Positions 1 through 6,369 of a stretch of 32,000 nt of DNA are shown piece after piece. The position numbers and the translations under genes are program-made. Each line of letters opens with the position of its first letter. The stretch's first letter is position 1. The notes under the pieces were generated by a model. The model did not search any database. It had not been told where the DNA came from and saw only the letters and a list, made by a program, of their open reading frames with translations. Origin of the DNA: Candidatus Saccharibacteria bacterium oral taxon 488 (GTDB lineage Bacteria; Patescibacteriota; Saccharimonadia; Saccharimonadales; Saccharimonadaceae); NCBI GenBank assembly GCA_010202845.1, contig CP047921.1, positions 690,001-722,000 on the forward strand, written 5' to 3'.

Positions 1-93
1 GTCCACTCATCATACTCAAAACAAAGCGGCGAATTGTTAAATAGCGCAAATTTATACTTCTTGCGCCGCCGAGTGATAACGAATTGATTTGGA

Positions 94-122
94 TCGACAA
101 AACTCATACTTTTCATTATACT
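94..122 (+). promoter_or_regulatory. Promoter of the MscS gene: TCGACA-17-TATACT, 6 nt to ATG (leaderless)
   Basis: -35 at 94-99, 17-nt spacer, -10 at 117-122, ATG at 129. No SD. Confidence 0.6.
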
Positions 123-128
123 AAACTC

Positions 129-1031
129 ATGACGGATACGCTTATCAAACAACTGTTAAATTCGTCGCGCTTTGATGAATGGATGACTGAGCATGGACTA
201 GGCTGGCTGGTAAGCGAGCGGATGGTTGAAACAGTCAGTATCGTCATTGGCGCGGTTATCGTTTATTATTTTGGCCGCATGTTTATCACCTGGGCGATCC
301 GTTACGCGATCCATTCCACTGCCAAGCACCGCTCGTGGCACCGCAAAGATATCGAAAAGCGCGAAAATACGCTGACGCAGCTGATCCGTAGTTTTTGGCG
401 CATCACTATCATTGCCTACATCGCCGCCATGGTCGCCAGTAAGTTATTCTACTTCGACTTGTCACCACTGTTTGCCAGCGCCGGCATCATTGGCGTAGCG
501 CTCGGATTTGGTGCACAATCACTTGTCAAAGATTTTCTGGCCGGCATCTTTATCATCGCTGAAAATCAATATCGCGTCGGCGATATCGTTGATGTCATGG
601 GTGCGAGCGGCACTGTCGAGCGCGTCGGCACCAGGTCAACCGTGCTCCGCGATGCTGATGGTAATGTGCACTACTTACCAAATGGCACCATCCAGCATGT
701 CATCAACAAAACGATGGGGTATAGCATGTCGCGCTTTACCTTGCAGCTTGATCCAAGTACCGACATCAGCCGCGCCGCTGATATCATCAACGAGACCGGC
801 CAGCAATTGAGCAAGGAAAAATCTTGGGACAAGAAAATTATTGAACCGCCAAAATTTGTCTCCGTCGGCGATATCACCGGCCGCTCGGTCGAATTGATCG
901 TTGCCGGTAAGGTCCAGCCATCAGATCAATGGGCGGTTACCTCAGAGATGCGCCGCCGACTCCTCAAAGAATTTGAAAAACAAGAGATCGAGCTAGCTGT
1001 CATCCCAACGGCGATAACGCATAAAAAGTAA
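129..1031 (+). CDS. Small-conductance mechanosensitive channel (MscS family)
   Basis: MscS core 'LVKDFLAGIFIIAENQYRVGDIVDV' preceded by TM helices. Start moved from TTG 84 to ATG 129 because a TCGACA-17-TATACT promoter ends 6 nt upstream of ATG 129. Confidence 0.85.
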   Translation: MTDTLIKQLLNSSRFDEWMTEHGLGWLVSERMVETVSIVIGAVIVYYFGRMFITWAIRYAIHSTAKHRSWHRKDIEKRENTLTQLIRSFWRITIIAYIAAMVASKLFYFDLSPLFASAGIIGVALGFGAQSLVKDFLAGIFIIAENQYRVGDIVDVMGASGTVERVGTRSTVLRDADGNVHYLPNGTIQHVINKTMGYSMSRFTLQLDPSTDISRAADIINETGQQLSKEKSWDKKIIEPPKFVSVGDITGRSVELIVAGKVQPSDQWAVTSEMRRRLLKEFEKQEIELAVIPTAITHKK

Positions 1032-1038
1032 TCATAAC

Positions 1039-1455
1039 TCACTCTGGCGAACTGTCTTGACCCTGTGTCGTCGTACCGCCCGCGCCATTGCCACTACCAC
1101 TGACGCCCAGCTGATCATCGCTCAACACATCGCTAGCAAACGCCCGCGCACCATCGGCTTTCTTTTCTTCTTGCTTATATTTTTGCAGAAAATCATCCAG
1201 CACTTTGCCCGTCACCTCACCCTGCGCCTCAAACATGTCTCGATTATGATTATTGGAATTATCAATCTGCGCTCGATACGGTACATAGTCCGGCCGACTC
1301 AAATCCACTCGGAAAGCATCTGACGAGTAATATAAGTGCATCGAGATACCAACGAGCACGATCGACACCACGATCACGCTAATTACCATCGTCGGTAACT
1401 TATGCTGCATAATTAACCTGACCATCCGGCGACCGAGTCGCTTGAACTTATCCAC
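1039..1455 (-). CDS. Hypothetical membrane-anchored protein (one N-terminal TM helix, Gly/Thr-rich C-terminus)
   Basis: 138-aa ORF. GTG start at 1455 with GGAGG 5 nt upstream. 8-nt overlap with the stop of the upstream ORF (operon-internal). TM 'LPTMVISVIVVSIVLVGISMHLYY'. No family recognised. Confidence 0.6.
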   Translation of the reverse strand: MDKFKRLGRRMVRLIMQHKLPTMVISVIVVSIVLVGISMHLYYSSDAFRVDLSRPDYVPYRAQIDNSNNHNRDMFEAQGEVTGKVLDDFLQKYKQEEKKADGARAFASDVLSDDQLGVSGSGNGAGGTTTQGQDSSPE

Positions 1456-1990
1456 GACTGCCTCCGCTCGATAGCTTTACCTTGAGCTGTTCCACCGCCA
1501 CGCGATAATCCGCCGCCAGTTTACTCATCGTCGTCACCGACTCACTGACCTGTCGACGTGCGTCGCGCGTCTTGATCAGCTGTGCGTAAAATTCGCCCGG
1601 TTTGTCGGTACAATCTGTCTTGACCAACGCCGTCAAATTGGACTCATACTCATTGTACTGCTGAGCAAACGCCTTGCGCGCTTCCTCGTAGTCGCGAGCG
1701 ATCATCACCATCCGCGAGCTATCAATCTGCGCTAGCGCCAAGCGGCTATTTAGTTTGGCGATGAGATTAGTCGAGATCGTGTTATATGCTTGGCCGGCGT
1801 TAACCCGCAGCAAGGCGTCGTTATGCTGAATCCGCTGCAATGTTGAACGAATGGACTGGCACTGACTGCGGATCAGATGGAGCGGCGGTGAACTCGGCGC
1901 AGTCTGCGCCACAGCAATACCCGACCGTATCATTACGCCGGCCAGACTAATGCCGCACACAAAAAACGCGAGATTACGAAGATATTTCAT
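1448..1990 (-). CDS. Hypothetical secreted protein (signal peptide plus helical region)
   Basis: 180-aa ORF. N-terminal signal-like 'MKYLRNLAFFVCGISLAGVMIRSGIAVAQT'. Its own TTGACC-17-GATAAT promoter ends 7 nt from the ATG. No family recognised. Confidence 0.6.
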   Translation of the reverse strand: MKYLRNLAFFVCGISLAGVMIRSGIAVAQTAPSSPPLHLIRSQCQSIRSTLQRIQHNDALLRVNAGQAYNTISTNLIAKLNSRLALAQIDSSRMVMIARDYEEARKAFAQQYNEYESNLTALVKTDCTDKPGEFYAQLIKTRDARRQVSESVTTMSKLAADYRVAVEQLKVKLSSGGSRG

Positions 1991-1997
1991 CTTTTTT

Positions 1998-2026
1998 ATT
2001 ATCTCGCGTTTTTGCGTTTAGGTCAA
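1998..2026 (-). promoter_or_regulatory. Promoter of the 180-aa/138-aa operon: TTGACC-17-GATAAT, 7 nt to ATG 1990
   Basis: The reverse complement reads TTGACC (2026-2021), a 17-nt spacer and GATAAT (2003-1998). Confidence 0.6.
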
Positions 2027-2033
2027 ACTGCTA

Positions 2034-2309
2034 CTACGACTTCTTGAAATGCTTCTCGGTATCGGCCTTGACCGTACGAGCGGTTCCAGTAACGACATCG
2101 CCAACTTTTTGAGCGCCAGCCTTGACTGCTTCAGCGCTGTCTTTGGCGGCAGCTTGGGCTTTTTTGGCGGTCTTGACGGTAGCCGTTTTCAGCTCGCCAG
2201 CTTTTTTCTTGATATCAGCACGAGTTTCCTTGCCACTTTTTGGTGCGGTCAAAATACCAGCCGCGAAACCAGCCGCTGCGGCGCCGAGAACTGTTAATAC
2301 TTTTTTCAT
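2034..2309 (-). CDS. YtxH-domain protein (general-stress-type small membrane-associated protein)
   Basis: N-terminus 'LGAAAAGFAAGILTAPKSGKETRADIKKKA' matches the YtxH signature as I know it. The rest is Lys/Ala-rich and helical. AAGGAG lies 6 nt upstream of the ATG. Confidence 0.75.
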   Translation of the reverse strand: MKKVLTVLGAAAAGFAAGILTAPKSGKETRADIKKKAGELKTATVKTAKKAQAAAKDSAEAVKAGAQKVGDVVTGTARTVKADTEKHFKKS

Positions 2310-2357
2310 ATATATCTCCTTGTTTGTTTCTATTAAATTGATATATGGAACAGATGA

Positions 2358-2579
2358 TTATTTTTTGCGAAAGAGTTGCACGACTTCAGTAAATAATTTT
2401 ACTGGAGACAGCCACTCAGTTGCTTGAGCGATGTTGGACACCGCCGCTTCGGCTTGGTTGACGAGGCGCTTAAGCTTCGTCAGCAGTGAAATTATTACAC
2501 CGAACAAGACGATAATCGTCACCGAGTGGATAATGATCACTACGGTCATCAGTATAATAACTGTTTGCATGTCTTCCAT
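2358..2579 (-). CDS. Small membrane protein, DUF948/YtxG-like (tentative)
   Basis: 73-aa ORF with one TM helix followed by an amphipathic helix. It sits directly upstream of the YtxH gene, as in Firmicute ytxG-ytxH pairs. AAAGGAAAGG SD and a consensus promoter lie upstream. Confidence 0.5.
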   Translation of the reverse strand: MEDMQTVIILMTVVIIIHSVTIIVLFGVIISLLTKLKRLVNQAEAAVSNIAQATEWLSPVKLFTEVVQLFRKK

Positions 2580-2624
2580 ACCTTTCCTTTGTTACTGTTT
2601 ATGTTTGTCGTATTGACTGTGGCT

Positions 2625-2653
2625 ATGATAGCATAGGCAGTTTGAAATGTCAA
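2625..2653 (-). promoter_or_regulatory. Near-consensus promoter of the DUF948-like/YtxH pair: TTGACA-17-TATCAT
   Basis: The reverse complement reads TTGACA (2653-2648), a 17-nt spacer and TATCAT (2630-2625). A ~40-nt leader carries an AAAGGAAAGG SD. Confidence 0.7.
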
Positions 2654-2673
2654 TAGCTTAGCGCTCTATTCTA

Positions 2674-3438
2674 TCACTTTGCAGCAATGAGGCCGTCCCG
2701 TCGCAGACCATCTAGTGCCGCCGCAAATCGCGGATCATCCTGTAGCTCGGCGGTGATTTCGGCCAGCGACCGACCGTCAACGTATCGACGCAAGATCTCG
2801 CCACGCATCTGACGGAGACTGCCAGTGAATTGTGATTGCTTGGTGTAATGACGACTGGCGGACAATTTACCCTTTCCCTGAGATTTGAGCTCACTACCAT
2901 AGTCCATCAGTGCCCAAAACCACTGACGCGGATTTGCCTGGTCCATCGTCCGCTCGACAATAGGCAGTATGTCACGATCCGCTACCGCCGTCTGGTCCGC
3001 AAAGAAATGATTGAGATAGACGGTGCGAATATTGGTCTCAATGAACGGCGTTGGTACTTGGTAAGTATAGTTCATGATAGCACCAGCAGTATTGACGCCA
3101 ATGCCCGGCAGCTGGACAAGGTCATGAAGGGTGGCCGCCAGAGCACCACCAGTGATAGCTCGCGCTGTTTGGTGAATGTACCGAGCACGGCGGTTATAGC
3201 CCAACCCCTGCCACGCGCGGAGCACCTCGGTCAGCTCGGCCGCTGCCAGCGACTCAATGTCTGGAAACTCTGTGGTAAATTCTGTAAACTTCGCCAAGAC
3301 GCGAGCAACTTGCGTTTGCTGCAACATCAGCTCACTCACCAGCACATAGTACAGGGTTGGCCGGTCACGCCATGGCATTGGCCGGTACAGTTCGCGGCCC
3401 TTTTGGTGGATCAGTCCCTGGAATTCATCAGTCGTCAT
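2674..3438 (-). CDS. HhH-GPD DNA glycosylase, MutY/Nth-like, cysteine-free and lacking a NUDIX-like C-terminal domain
   Basis: 'VSELMLQQTQVARV' (MutY-type catalytic Glu region) and HhH 'LVQLPGIGVNTAGAI'. The 254-aa protein has zero Cys residues. TATACT lies 6 nt upstream of the ATG. Confidence 0.75.
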   Translation of the reverse strand: MTTDEFQGLIHQKGRELYRPMPWRDRPTLYYVLVSELMLQQTQVARVLAKFTEFTTEFPDIESLAAAELTEVLRAWQGLGYNRRARYIHQTARAITGGALAATLHDLVQLPGIGVNTAGAIMNYTYQVPTPFIETNIRTVYLNHFFADQTAVADRDILPIVERTMDQANPRQWFWALMDYGSELKSQGKGKLSASRHYTKQSQFTGSLRQMRGEILRRYVDGRSLAEITAELQDDPRFAAALDGLRRDGLIAAK

Positions 3439-3444
3439 TGCTTT

Positions 3445-3450
3445 AGTATA
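3445..3450 (-). promoter_or_regulatory. -10 box TATACT, 6 nt upstream of the MutY-like ATG 3438
   Basis: The reverse complement of 3445-3450 is TATACT. No convincing -35 and no SD. Confidence 0.45.
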
Positions 3451-3478
3451 CGCGAATAAAACTCACAACACCTAATTG

Positions 3479-3487
3479 TGCTATAAT
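3479..3487 (+). promoter_or_regulatory. Extended -10 TGcTATAAT, 9 nt upstream of the VIT1 ATG 3497
   Basis: TG at 3479-3480, TATAAT at 3482-3487. No SD between the box and the ATG. Confidence 0.6.
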
Positions 3488-3496
3488 GGCACGGTT

Positions 3497-4030
3497 ATGA
3501 AAATATTTTTTAGACGATACATTTCAGAATTTGTCTACGGTGCGGTGGACGGCACAGTCACGACCTTTGCCGTCGTGGCAGCTTCGGCTGGCGCCGGGAT
3601 TTCCAGCGCGATCATCCTTATCTTGGGGGTTGCAAATTTGATCGCCGATGGTTTTTCAATGGGCGCTAGTGCTTACCTGGCAGCCAGCGCCGAGCACGAA
3701 GAATCAGCCCGCGACACCCAAAAGCGAGCATCCCCTAAGATCATTGGTGCAATAACCTTCCTAGCTTTCGTTGTAGTCGGTAGCGTACCGGTATTGCCGT
3801 ATTTAGTCGACGTCGTTGCAGTCTCAAAAGTACCAGGCACCACCCTGTTTTACGTCAGCTCCGCACTGACGGCGGTGACGTTCCTAGCAATTGGCTTCAC
3901 CAAGGGTAAAGTTGGCAAGCAATCACCATGGCGAGAAGCAGTTATCACCCTCCTCCTCGGAGCGGTCGCCGCTGGACTGGCGTACTTTGCCGGTGATGTA
4001 TTGGCGGCGTGGTTGGGCGTTCAGTTATAA
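3497..4030 (+). CDS. VIT1/CCC1-family iron/manganese transporter
   Basis: 'FVYGAVDGTVTTFAVVAASAGAG' VIT-family N-terminal motif plus 5 hydrophobic helices. Start moved from TTG 3476 to ATG 3497 because TGcTATAAT ends 9 nt upstream. Confidence 0.75.
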   Translation: MKIFFRRYISEFVYGAVDGTVTTFAVVAASAGAGISSAIILILGVANLIADGFSMGASAYLAASAEHEESARDTQKRASPKIIGAITFLAFVVVGSVPVLPYLVDVVAVSKVPGTTLFYVSSALTAVTFLAIGFTKGKVGKQSPWREAVITLLLGAVAAGLAYFAGDVLAAWLGVQL

Positions 4031-4041
4031 TCAATAGCGTG

Positions 4042-4563
4042 TCAGATGCCACCGAGTAATCTTTCCCGGTACGCCCAGGCCTCATCATACGATAGATACG
4101 GTACGCTATCTGTTACATTATTGAGAGATCCCTTTGGTAGTTTTTGCGCTTGCGCCATAAAGTATACGGCGGGCCTGCCAAATTTCCCGTAATCCCAATT
4201 ACGAGGGGCATATTCATCAAGAAACCGTGTTGCAGCAACTGCCACGAACCCGTACTTAGCGTATTTACGACATAAATCCTCACCAAAACAATCTAATTTT
4301 GTCACTCCAAAAGATAACACCGACGGCATCATAATATCTAGCGACTGTTTCACAGGGTTTTGTCTTGAGCTAAAGATATTTGCCAAATTATCCCCCTCAA
4401 GAGCAAACCCAGCCTGATCATTATACATAAGAACCGTCACCATCGTTTCGTAATCAACCTGTGAGTAATCAGACAAAAAACACTCCCTGCTATCACCAGC
4501 CATAGCTTGTTTTATTGCCACGTAAAATTCTTCGGCAGTAACGCGACGTAATTTCTCGTGCAT
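4042..4563 (-). CDS. Hypothetical protein (possible N-acyltransferase-like fold, unverified)
   Basis: 173-aa ORF with a strong TTGACC-17-TGaTATAAA promoter ending 9 nt from the ATG. 'LDCFGEDLCRKYAKYGFVAVA' is reminiscent of a GNAT beta4-alpha3 region, but no motif is decisive. Confidence 0.5.
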   Translation of the reverse strand: MHEKLRRVTAEEFYVAIKQAMAGDSRECFLSDYSQVDYETMVTVLMYNDQAGFALEGDNLANIFSSRQNPVKQSLDIMMPSVLSFGVTKLDCFGEDLCRKYAKYGFVAVAATRFLDEYAPRNWDYGKFGRPAVYFMAQAQKLPKGSLNNVTDSVPYLSYDEAWAYRERLLGGI

Positions 4564-4572
4564 CGTGTGAAT

Positions 4573-4601
4573 TTTATATCATACTATAAAAATATGGTCA
4601 A
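4573..4601 (-). promoter_or_regulatory. Promoter TTGACC-17-TGaTATAAA, 9 nt upstream of ATG 4563
   Basis: The reverse complement reads TTGACC (4601-4596), a 17-nt spacer and TATAAA (4578-4573). Confidence 0.6.
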
Positions 4602-4617
4602 ATTTATACACCACACA

Positions 4618-5031
4618 TCAATCGGGCCACCACTTCAACAAAAAATCCCGATAACCCGGCGCGAGTTTGTCGGTAGCTTCAACTTCTGTCCGCGTCAACC
4701 AGACTGGTCGCTCCTCACCGCCATCACACGCTCGGTCCGGTAGTTCAATGTTACCGTCAACCGTGGCCGTGTAGCCAAGAATAATTTTATGGTCTCTTAC
4801 GGTACCGCCCTGTGGATCGCGCACATAAAAATCAGCTGGGGTCGCATCAATTGTAACGCCCAGCTCCTCGCGCAATTCCCGCCTCAATGCCACGTCAGGC
4901 GTTTCACCAGCGTCAATATGCCCGCCCGGCAGGCCAAAACCATCATCGTGCGGATAATACATCACTAGCGCACGCTTGCCATCACTACTATACAACGCTA
5001 CTTTTACACTAACTTCGTGTCGATCATACAT
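4618..5031 (-). CDS. NUDIX hydrolase
   Basis: Nudix box 'GGHIDAGETPDVALRRELREELGV' (GX5EX7REUXEEXGU). Start placed at ATG 5031 (MYDRHEV...) because TGgTATAGT ends 7 nt upstream. The ORF track starts at GTG 5040. Confidence 0.85.
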   Translation of the reverse strand: MYDRHEVSVKVALYSSDGKRALVMYYPHDDGFGLPGGHIDAGETPDVALRRELREELGVTIDATPADFYVRDPQGGTVRDHKIILGYTATVDGNIELPDRACDGGEERPVWLTRTEVEATDKLAPGYRDFLLKWWPD

Positions 5032-5038
5032 CAATGTC

Positions 5039-5047
5039 ACTATACCA
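5039..5047 (-). promoter_or_regulatory. Extended -10 TGgTATAGT, 7 nt upstream of the NUDIX ATG 5031
   Basis: The reverse complement of 5039-5047 is TGGTATAGT. Confidence 0.5.
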
Positions 5048-5078
5048 AACCTAGACCCCGACCGACAAGTAACTTCAC

Positions 5079-5909
5079 TTACCTCGTCTGTTTTTTAGCT
5101 ATTTGCTCAAAGACACCATCGCCCAAGAGATGCCGTGCGTAGAAGAGAACTCTCGCCAATTTACCAACAAGATACCGACGTCGTGGATGCTTACTCTCAA
5201 TAACTGTTGCTACTGTATACGCGACCACGCTAGGCGGTGACATGGTCCTATATGACTGAGATAAGTTGTGCGATATTGCCTTTGCCACGCCGCTATAGGC
5301 CCCATTTGACGAATAACGAGTAAGCGGCTCTTCAGCTAATTTGTAGAAATTTGTAGCGATCAAGCCAGGCTCAACTATCACAAGCTTGATGTTGTATTCC
5401 TGCAGCTCTAGCCGCAAGCTATCGGAAAACCCCTCGATAGCGTGCTTTGAAGCATGATACCAGGCACCGAGCGGAAAATACACTCTGCCTCCAACCGATG
5501 ACATATTAATAATCAAGCCCGAGCCCGCCTCTCTCATGCTAGGCAGCACAAGCTGCGTCAGCCTAGCCAACCCAAATACATTCACCTCAAACTGCCTGCG
5601 GGCCTGTTCAATTGGAACGTCCTCTACCGCCCCCAGTAATCCATAGCCAGCATTATTGATAAGTACATCTATTCTTCCCTGCTCGTCACAAATCTTTTTT
5701 ACCGCAGCCTCAAGTGATTTTTCATCTTTCATATCACCTGGTATTGGCCGAAGGCCTTTAATTTCTTGAAGCACCTCACTATTTCGAGCAAATCCGTACA
5801 CTATGTGGCCTTTCTGCAAAAGCAGCTCGGCGGTCGCTCTTCCGATACCGCTGGATGCTCCAGTAATTAACACTACTTTATGATTTGAATTATACTTTTT
5901 TCTACTCAT
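5079..5909 (-). CDS. Short-chain dehydrogenase/reductase (classical SDR)
   Basis: 'VVLITGASSGIGRATA' (TGxxxGxG), 'NNAG', 'YHASKHA' (YxxxK). Start placed at ATG 5909 (MSRKKY...), 6 nt downstream of a TATACT -10 box. Confidence 0.85.
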   Translation of the reverse strand: MSRKKYNSNHKVVLITGASSGIGRATAELLLQKGHIVYGFARNSEVLQEIKGLRPIPGDMKDEKSLEAAVKKICDEQGRIDVLINNAGYGLLGAVEDVPIEQARRQFEVNVFGLARLTQLVLPSMREAGSGLIINMSSVGGRVYFPLGAWYHASKHAIEGFSDSLRLELQEYNIKLVIVEPGLIATNFYKLAEEPLTRYSSNGAYSGVAKAISHNLSQSYRTMSPPSVVAYTVATVIESKHPRRRYLVGKLARVLFYARHLLGDGVFEQIAKKQTR

Positions 5910-5915
5910 AATAGT

Positions 5916-5947
5916 AGTATAATCTATGGAGTATACTCTATAGTCAA
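5916..5947 (-). promoter_or_regulatory. MerR-type promoter of the SDR gene: TTGACT-20-TATACT, 6 nt to ATG 5909
   Basis: The reverse complement reads TTGACT (5947-5942), a 20-nt spacer and TATACT (5921-5916). The over-long spacer is the MerR-family hallmark. Confidence 0.65.
5924..5943. promoter_or_regulatory. 20-bp palindromic operator CTATGGAGTATACTCTATAG (putative MerR-regulator binding site)
   Basis: 9 of 10 symmetric base pairs, centred on GTATAC. It fills the spacer of the SDR promoter in the merR-SDR divergent region. Confidence 0.65.
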
Positions 5948-5973
5948 TAGGTAATAATGAGGGAGGTTTTACC

Positions 5974-6324
5974 ATGCTAATTCATCAACTTTCCAAAAAA
6001 TCTGGTGTTTCTATTGATACCATTCGTTACTATACAAAACTCGGTATTTTACCGGTAACACAACGTCCTGCTGGAAGCCGCAGTTATTCAGACTACGACG
6101 AGAGTGCACTCGAGTACCTCACGGAGATACGCCTCGCTAAATCAGCAGGCTTTACGCTGATGGAGATCAAGCAATACATCAAGGAATGGAATGACGGCCA
6201 GATTACACCCGATACGGCTATTGATATATTGCATAAAAAGATTGCGATGGTACGAAAGAAAAAGTCTGAGCTTGATGCAATAGAAGCGATATTAAAAAGC
6301 AAAATAACACAGCTCCATTCCTAG
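5974..6324 (+). CDS. MerR-family transcriptional regulator
   Basis: N-terminal HTH 'IHQLSKKSGVSIDTIRYYTKLGIL' followed by a coiled-coil dimerisation helix. GGGAGG lies 7 nt upstream of the ATG. Divergent from the SDR gene. No C-terminal Cys metal-binding motif. Confidence 0.85.
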   Translation: MLIHQLSKKSGVSIDTIRYYTKLGILPVTQRPAGSRSYSDYDESALEYLTEIRLAKSAGFTLMEIKQYIKEWNDGQITPDTAIDILHKKIAMVRKKKSELDAIEAILKSKITQLHS

Positions 6325-6369
6325 CTACATTGCCATAATTGAGCATCTGCTACCTACTTTGGGAGGCTA

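Noticed and set aside
1-83. Possible start of a divergent minus-strand gene at the left edge (the reverse complement reads ...gagtATGATGAGTGGAC; ATGs at 13-11 and 10-8)
   Set aside because: Only 3-4 codons lie inside the window, so neither the ORF nor its product can be supported.
84-128. N-terminal extensions proposed by the ORF track (TTG 84, TTG 3476, GTG 5040, 5975, TTG 9801, 14704, 18550, TTG 25078)
   Set aside because: In each case the extension would include the gene's own -10/-35 promoter elements or lacks an SD, while a downstream ATG sits 6-10 nt after a -10 box or directly after a GGAGG. The shorter starts were adopted.
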